64,000 nucleotides of DNA, from positions 66,488-130,487 of the forward strand of contig CALWKG010000001.1 of assembly GCA_944381205.1 (NCBI GenBank), read 5' to 3'. Positions 58,212 through 64,000 of this stretch are shown one piece after another. The position numbers were made by a program, and so were the translations under genes. The notes beneath the pieces were generated by a model. That model did not search any database, was not told where the DNA came from, and worked only from the letters and a program-made list of their open reading frames with translations. The stretch is from an uncultured Clostridia bacterium. GTDB lineage: Bacteria; Bacillota; Clostridia; Christensenellales; UBA1242. Within the stretch, counting starts at the first letter, position 1; every line of letters starts with the position of its first letter.

Positions 58212-59265
58212 AGTAGCCCTCTAATTTTTTTGCTCTATTTGGGTGACGCAATTTTCTAAGGGCTTTGGCTTCGATTTGCCTAATTCTTTCCCTAGTAACT
58301 GCAAATTCCTTGCCTACTTCTTCAAGTGTTCTTGGGTGGGCATCGTCTAGACCGTACCTAAGTCTTATGACCTTTTGCTCCCTTGGGGTAAGCGAGTCTA
58401 TGGCAAGCATTAGTTGTTCCTTTAAAATCACTTGCGCCGCGTTTTCTACTGGGGATTTTATCGTTTCGTCTTCTACAAAATCGCCGATTTTGCTGTCTTC
58501 TTCTTCACCGACTGGGTTATCTAGTGATATTGGGTCTTGGGCTATCTTTTGGATTTCGCAGACGCGGGCTTCGGTAATGCCTAACTTTTCCGCTATTTCC
58601 TGAGCGGTTGGGTCCCTGCCCAAAGTTTGAGTTAGCATACGGGACACTCTGTTTAGTTTGTTAATTGTTTCCACCATGTGAACGGGTATCCTGATTGTTC
58701 TGGCTTGGTCGGCTATTGCCCTTGTAATAGATTGCCTAATCCACCAAGTTGCATAGGTAGAAAACCTAAAACCCTTAGTGTAGTCGAATTTTTCTACCGC
58801 CTTTAAAAGCCCCAAATTGCCTTCTTGAATAAGGTCTAAAAACTGCATACTTGTCCTGCCGACATACTTTTTGGCAATACTCACAACAAGTCTTAAATTT
58901 GCTTCGGATAGTTTTTTTCTAGCCTCCAAGTCGCCTTCGCTCATCTTTTTGGCATAGACAACTTCTTCATCACTGCTAAGCAAAGGTACTTTGCCTATAT
59001 CTTTTAAATACATCTTAACGGGGTCGTCTACACTTACCTGATTTGCAATTTCGTTTAAATCTTCTATTTCTTCGTAAACGTCTACCGTCTTGTTTACCTT
59101 TATCCCGCAAGACTCAAAAAGGCTGGAAATTTCTTCTATATCCTTTGCCGATGCGTCGTATTTAAGAAGCCTTAAAATGATGTCTTCTTCGTTAATAGTA
59201 TTGCCCTTGTTTTTTGCAATTTCCATAAGTCTATTAATTTCTATTTGGTATTTTTCGTTAATCAT
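58204..59265 (-). CDS. sigA: Primary RNA polymerase sigma factor (SigA/RpoD)
   Basis: Region 2 [33 protein letters not shown], region 3 and region 4.2 [20 protein letters not shown]. Confidence 0.95.
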   Translation of the reverse strand: MINEKYQIEINRLMEIAKNKGNTINEEDIILRLLKYDASAKDIEEISSLFESCGIKVNKTVDVYEEIEDLNEIANQVSVDDPVKMYLKDIGKVPLLSSDEEVVYAKKMSEGDLEARKKLSEANLRLVVSIAKKYVGRTSMQFLDLIQEGNLGLLKAVEKFDYTKGFRFSTYATWWIRQSITRAIADQARTIRIPVHMVETINKLNRVSRMLTQTLGRDPTAQEIAEKLGITEARVCEIQKIAQDPISLDNPVGEEEDSKIGDFVEDETIKSPVENAAQVILKEQLMLAIDSLTPREQKVIRLRYGLDDAHPRTLEEVGKEFAVTRERIRQIEAKALRKLRHPNRAKKLEGYCD

Positions 59266-59268
59266 AAT

Positions 59269-61038
59269 TTAATCTCCGTTTTTAATTTCTTTTGCAATTT
59301 CATTTAGTTTGGAAGCAATCTCTCGACGCTTATTTAAGTCCCTTTCTTCCTTAAACTTAGCCAAAAGTTCTTCCTGCTCGTCTTTTAGCCCCTGAACTTT
59401 TAAGACCTTTAAACACTGGTCAAAATAATCCTTTTTATTATCGCCAATAGCATCAAAGTCAAACCCTATTATGTCGTTTATATCACTATTTTCGCTCGCG
59501 TCAAAATAGTCAAAAAGGCTACTTATTGTAAATGTTTTATTATTTTCGTAACAATCACACACAAAATCATATAATTTTTGATAAATTTTATTTTTAAAAT
59601 ATAATTTTTGACCAAAACAAGACTTTGCATACTCCTGTTTATGAATAATACTAGCCAATACAAATCTTACCGCTTTTGCATCTCCCTTTAAGCGCGTGTC
59701 GAGTGGGTCTTCTTCTTTTACGACAGCAGGAACGGCTTTTGAAAGTCCTAAATCTCGCCTTAGCAAATCAATAGAAATTTGTGTGATTTTACTTAGCATC
59801 TTTAAGTAAATTTCTCTTTCCGAATTTGTATCTAAACTTCTTATTATATCTAATGCGCCGTCCACAAACTTGCTTTTTTCGTACTTGTCGTCAATGTTGT
59901 ATTCGTTTTTAAGGCTTAGAATTTTGTATTCTATGGCATCTATCGAACTTTCCACCATTTCGTTTAATTTTTCCGCACCGTACTTTTTTAAATATTCGTC
60001 GGGGTCCAAATTTTCGCTTAAAGTGACTACCCTGACTTCCAGCCCCGATGCCACCAAGACATCTATTGCCCTTAAAGCCCCCTTTTGACCTGCGGAATCT
60101 CCGTCTAAGCACAAAACAACTTTGTCCGTATATTTTTTTAACAAATTAGAATGTTCCGAAGTGATAGCAGTACCCATACAAGCCACGGTGTTTTTGAATC
60201 CCGCCTTAAACATTGCAATGACGTCAATAGTTCCTTCGCATATAATTATGTACTGGTAAGAGTGTCTTAAATTTCTTATAGTATGCAGGTTATAAATTGT
60301 TTTACTTTTATCAAATACCAAAGTTTGAGCGCTGTTTACATACTTGGCAAATTGCGGGTTTGGGGCAAGTGTCCTTGCCGTAAAACCAATGGTATCACCG
60401 TGAACATTAAATATGGGAAACACCACCCTATCATAAAAAGCATCGTACAATCTGCCCTGTTCGTTGCGTTTTACTAGCCCTGCGTCCATCATTGTTTTGT
60501 CACTAATGCCGTGTTTTTTATTGAGATAATCTACTAGTCCAAATCCATTTTTGCTATAACCTATGGCAAAGTATTCTACAATTTCCGGGCTAAAACCCCG
60601 CTTTATTACAAAATCGCGAGCCTGACCCGTATCTTGTTTTAAGTTTTCAAAATAAAAATCTTTGGCATAATTTAATGCCCGCAAAACTTTTTCTTTTTCG
60701 CGTAAACTTTCAAGTTCCTTTTCTTCGTTATAACTAGTAGGCAATGCAATATTTGCACTGTCGGCCAACATTTTTACCGCTTCATAAAACGATATGCCTT
60801 CGTAACTTTGGATAAATTTTATAACATCGCCGGACACTCCACAACCAAAGCAATGGTAAAAACCTTCTTCTTCATTTATCGCAAATGACGGGGTCTTTTC
60901 GTTGTGAAAAGGACAACAAGCCCAAAAGGTTCTGCCTTTTCTATCTACCCTAATGTACTTAGAAATAACCGAAACTATATTGTTTTGCCTTTTAACTTCT
61001 TCAATAAAATCGCTAGGAAACCCACGATTCACTACCAC
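59269..61038 (-). CDS. dnaG: DNA primase
   Basis: Zinc-binding CPFHNEKTPSF...CFGCG, TOPRIM EGTIDV...DGDSAGQ. Confidence 0.95.
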   Translation of the reverse strand: MVVNRGFPSDFIEEVKRQNNIVSVISKYIRVDRKGRTFWACCPFHNEKTPSFAINEEEGFYHCFGCGVSGDVIKFIQSYEGISFYEAVKMLADSANIALPTSYNEEKELESLREKEKVLRALNYAKDFYFENLKQDTGQARDFVIKRGFSPEIVEYFAIGYSKNGFGLVDYLNKKHGISDKTMMDAGLVKRNEQGRLYDAFYDRVVFPIFNVHGDTIGFTARTLAPNPQFAKYVNSAQTLVFDKSKTIYNLHTIRNLRHSYQYIIICEGTIDVIAMFKAGFKNTVACMGTAITSEHSNLLKKYTDKVVLCLDGDSAGQKGALRAIDVLVASGLEVRVVTLSENLDPDEYLKKYGAEKLNEMVESSIDAIEYKILSLKNEYNIDDKYEKSKFVDGALDIIRSLDTNSEREIYLKMLSKITQISIDLLRRDLGLSKAVPAVVKEEDPLDTRLKGDAKAVRFVLASIIHKQEYAKSCFGQKLYFKNKIYQKLYDFVCDCYENNKTFTISSLFDYFDASENSDINDIIGFDFDAIGDNKKDYFDQCLKVLKVQGLKDEQEELLAKFKEERDLNKRREIASKLNEIAKEIKNGD

Positions 61039-61199
61039 ACATCTCCCAAAATAAACTTATGATTAATCGGTTATACAAATAAAACTAAAATTAACCACTA
61101 ATATATATATACAATGTTTCTTGTTTATTTCCTTTTTTATTTTTAAATTTTTTTACTGTTAAGCATTTTAGTCGATAAGAGTTTTAATCAATAAAAAAT

Positions 61200-62834
61200 T
61201 TATTCCACAGACAAAATATAATAGTAAACTGGTTGTCCGCCGTTTACTGCGTTAAACTCGCACTGTGGATAAATTTGCTTTAAATTATCCTGCAACTTAA
61301 CGGCATCGTCTTCTTTAATATCTTGCCCAAAGAACAGGGTTACATTTACCGTATTTTCGTCTAGCAGTTTTGCCACTAAGTCCTTTACTGTACTATCGAC
61401 GTCACTCCCCTTTGCAAGAATTGAATTGTTATCAAGCCCGATAATTTCGCCAACACTCAAATCAAAGCCATCGACGTGGGTATCCCTTACGGCATAGGTA
61501 ACGTTGCCAGTTTTGACGTTTTTCATAGACTCGGTCATACTTTCGATATTTTCGTCCACACTGCCATCTGGGTTAAAGGACAAGCAGGCGGAAATTCCTT
61601 CTGGCACACTACGGGTAGGAATTACAATGACATTTTTATCCACCAAATCTTTGGCTTGTTCGGCGGCGAGTACAATATTTTTGTTATTAGGCAAAACAAA
61701 AACCGTTTCCGCATTTACCTTTTCGATTGCTTCGGCAATATCATTTGCGCAAGGGTTCATTGTTTGCCCACCGCGAATGACGTAATCGACCATTAAGTCT
61801 TTAAACAGCAACTCAAAGCCTTCGCCCGCACTGACAGACACAATTCCCATAGGCTTTGGTGGTTCTTTTTCCTGCTCTTTTAATTTTTCTCTATTGGTTT
61901 CAAGCATATTTTCAATTTTAATATTGCTCAACTCGCCAATTTCTAAGCCAAAACCCAAGACTTTATTAGGTTCGTTAGTCAAAATATGCACTTTAACTAA
62001 GTTTAAGTCGCCTATACAGATGACGGAATCACCAATTTCTACCAATCTTTCTCGCAACTTATCGATATCGCTTTGGGTAGTCTTTTTAAGCATATTAATA
62101 ATGTTATATTCGGTAGCATAGACGTACTGAATTTCCGCAATATCAACAGCCCCGTTAGACCTATCTTTATCGTTTTGGTAATCAATCTCTGGGTCAAGGT
62201 ACTCACTATTAGGGCTGGCATCTTCGTCAAGAGCCTTACAAAAGCCATTAAAAATAATAAGTAGTCCCCTGCCACCCGCGTCGACCACTCCTGCCTTTTT
62301 TAAAACAGGTAGCAACTCTGGTGTTTGCATTAGGACTTCTTCACCCTTATCTAATACGTCCTTTAAAAAGGCTTCAAAGTCCTGAAATTTTTTTGACGAC
62401 GTGATGGCATATTCCGCCATAACGCGAATAACAGTTAAAATTGTGCCTTCCTTTGGCTTTGTCACTGCCTTGTATGCTATATCAGCGCCTTCCTTCATTG
62501 CCTGTGCGAAATCTTTGGTTTTAAGTTCGGTATACTGGCGGATTGTCTTTGCCATTCCCTTTAAAATTTGTGACAAAATAACACCGGAATTACCCCTTGC
62601 ACCCCTTAAAGCCCCTTTTGTGACCGCTTCGCAAAGGCTATCAAGGTTGTTATTAGGGCAAGCCTCGACTTCCTTTGTAGCGGATTTAAAAGTTAAATTC
62701 ATATTTGTACCCGTGTCACCATCTGGCACAGGAAAAACGTTTAGTGAGTCAACGTACTTTCTGTTTTCGTCAAGCAAACTAGATGCGGAAACTATCATTT
62801 TCCTAAACATTGCCCCGTTAATTGTTTTCTGCAA
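61200..62834 (-). CDS. yloV: DAK2-domain fusion protein YloV (fatty-acid-kinase FakA-like)
   Basis: N-terminal DAK2 motif VPDGDTGTNM. About 545 aa. Follows the Asp23-family gene as in Bacillus. Confidence 0.85.
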   Translation of the reverse strand: MQKTINGAMFRKMIVSASSLLDENRKYVDSLNVFPVPDGDTGTNMNLTFKSATKEVEACPNNNLDSLCEAVTKGALRGARGNSGVILSQILKGMAKTIRQYTELKTKDFAQAMKEGADIAYKAVTKPKEGTILTVIRVMAEYAITSSKKFQDFEAFLKDVLDKGEEVLMQTPELLPVLKKAGVVDAGGRGLLIIFNGFCKALDEDASPNSEYLDPEIDYQNDKDRSNGAVDIAEIQYVYATEYNIINMLKKTTQSDIDKLRERLVEIGDSVICIGDLNLVKVHILTNEPNKVLGFGLEIGELSNIKIENMLETNREKLKEQEKEPPKPMGIVSVSAGEGFELLFKDLMVDYVIRGGQTMNPCANDIAEAIEKVNAETVFVLPNNKNIVLAAEQAKDLVDKNVIVIPTRSVPEGISACLSFNPDGSVDENIESMTESMKNVKTGNVTYAVRDTHVDGFDLSVGEIIGLDNNSILAKGSDVDSTVKDLVAKLLDENTVNVTLFFGQDIKEDDAVKLQDNLKQIYPQCEFNAVNGGQPVYYYILSVE

Positions 62835-62908
62835 TTTTATTCCCCCTCAAAATCAAAGCACCAAAGTGCTAGAAATTTATATCTAAAAAATTATATTCAA
62901 TAAAAAAA

Positions 62909-63259
62909 CTAGACCCTAACCCCTATGACTTTAATATTTACAGCATCAACAATCATACCGGTAAACTTTTCCACACTATACTTAACGGTGCTTTTGACAC
63001 TGTCACACACGGCGGTTATTGAAACACCATATTTAAGTATAACGTTTAAATCTACTGTGATGTGATTGTTTTGGCTTACAATCTTAACCCCACGAGAAAA
63101 GGACCTACTTTTAAACATTTCGCCAAAACTTTCCTTGGCGCTACGCGCCACAAGGTCAACCACCCCATAGCACTCTAAGGCATTATACCCTGCGACAACA
63201 GCAATAGCATTATTATCTATTGTTATATCTCCGTAAATATTTGAAGTTTTAACGAACAT
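62909..63259 (-). CDS. Asp23/Gls24 family envelope stress protein
   Basis: 116 aa with GDITIDNNAIAVVAG...VKIV...V.V.V pattern. Synteny with yloV. Confidence 0.8.
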   Translation of the reverse strand: MFVKTSNIYGDITIDNNAIAVVAGYNALECYGVVDLVARSAKESFGEMFKSRSFSRGVKIVSQNNHITVDLNVILKYGVSITAVCDSVKSTVKYSVEKFTGMIVDAVNIKVIGVRV

Positions 63260-63436
63260 AATATTCCCTTTTTTACAAAAAATTTCGTGTTAATAAAACA
63301 ATTTTTGCACACATAAAAAGAGTTATACATACAACTCTCGCAATTAATATACTATATTTTTATAATTGATGCAACAATTTTTTACTAACTTTACAAAAAT
63401 ACTTTGATAATCAAAGTTTTTATTTAAAGAAATTAT

Positions 63437-63464
63437 AAAAAAGGAGTAGCAAGACGTCTACCCC
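63437..63464 (-). terminator. Terminator after the spoVM-like ORF
   Basis: Minus strand: ggggtag / acgtcttg / ctactcc followed by TTTTTT. Confidence 0.6.
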
Positions 63465-63490
63465 TTAAAATAAGATTTAATTTACAAATT

Positions 63491-63577
63491 TTAGTCAAAT
63501 TTTATGTAATATTTTTTAAATATAATTTTTAAAATAGTTGCAAGACCCTTTGGCGCTTTAATGCAAATAATTTTCAT
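63491..63577 (-). CDS. spoVM: Stage V sporulation protein M-like 28-aa peptide (below the ORF-track cutoff)
   Basis: Translates to MKIICIKAPKGLATILKIIFKKYYIKFD, compared with B. subtilis SpoVM MKFYTIKLPKFLGG... recalled from memory. Purine-rich RBS, its own terminator, and a rpe / spoVM / asp23-yloV neighbourhood. Confidence 0.6.
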   Translation of the reverse strand: MKIICIKAPKGLATILKIIFKKYYIKFD

Positions 63578-63634
63578 AACCTTAACCCCTTTTTTTAGGC
63601 TTTATTAAAGTATATGAAAATATGGTTTTTGTTG

Positions 63635-64000
63635 TTAAAAATTGTCCTTTAACTTTTTTACGGCGCTTGCTTTATCTGTGGCAGAATATATATAATTGCC
63701 AACCGCGACAATATCAACAGGCTTACCTTTAAGTAACTTTATAGTCTGGTCGTTAATACCGCCGTCTACTTCAATCTTTGTATTTAACTTGTTTTGATTT
63801 ATATAACTTGCGACACTGTCGATTTTGCTTAAAACTCGGCTATCAAAGTTCTGCCCGCTTTTACCAACTTTTACACTCATAAGAAGCACGACGTCCACAT
63901 ATTTAAGCAGGGAGAAAATATTTTTTTCCATAGTAGTAACTTTAATGCTAAGTCCAGCCTTTTTGCCAAGGTTTTTGATATCCTTTAAGATATTAATGAG
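63635..64000 (-). CDS. rpe: Ribulose-phosphate 3-epimerase, 5'-truncated by the window edge
   Basis: VLLMSVKVGKSGQNF and IEVDGGIN motifs. The frame stays open upstream of the track ATG to base 64000 (…IKNLGKKAGLSIKVTT). Confidence 0.85.
   Translation of the reverse strand, partial: LINILKDIKNLGKKAGLSIKVTTMEKNIFSLLKYVDVVLLMSVKVGKSGQNFDSRVLSKIDSVASYINQNKLNTKIEVDGGINDQTIKLLKGKPVDIVAVGNYIYSATDKASAVKKLKDNF

Overview
This is a visibly AT-rich, Lys/Asn/Ile-rich chromosomal segment with Firmicutes (Clostridia-like) gene content and synteny. It reads in the standard genetic code, with long ORFs not interrupted by TGA. Most of it is housekeeping and mostly minus-strand: murI, a YolD/Y-family polymerase/MGMT cluster, seven tRNAs, engB-clpX-clpP-tig, rluD, lspA, sepF, groES-groEL, an IleRS-like gene, a long Bacillus-type SRP RNA, ung, trxB, rplM-rpsI, truA, a single-chain PFOR, a nine-gene V-type ATPase operon, trmK-sigA-dnaG, yloV/asp23 and rpe. 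A 28-codon ORF below the ORF-track cutoff looks like spoVM in its expected syntenic slot, which suggests an endospore former. Eight things are worth a second look. (1) A translationally coupled SDR / DAC-like / 423-aa orphan cassette (18.5-21.6 kb), whose middle gene has a diadenylate-cyclase-like C-terminal domain with altered catalytic motifs and an unplaceable N-terminal domain. (2) A ~1.1 kb non-coding gap (9.15-10.24 kb) holding a foldback element with ~175-nt inverted arms and tandem hairpin units, with relatives at 44.8-45.0 kb. (3) A compositionally aberrant Lys-poor, Cys-containing 216-aa protein next to that element. (4) An IleRS-like gene with non-canonical HIGH, HGLP and KMSKS motifs. 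(5) An alpha/beta-hydrolase-like gene embedded between two tRNA-Gln genes. (6) A 1625-aa papain-like surface protein. (7) A tRNA-Gly with an odd T-loop. (8) A groESL locus without CIRCE. All functional calls come from by-eye motif recognition. No database searches were run.
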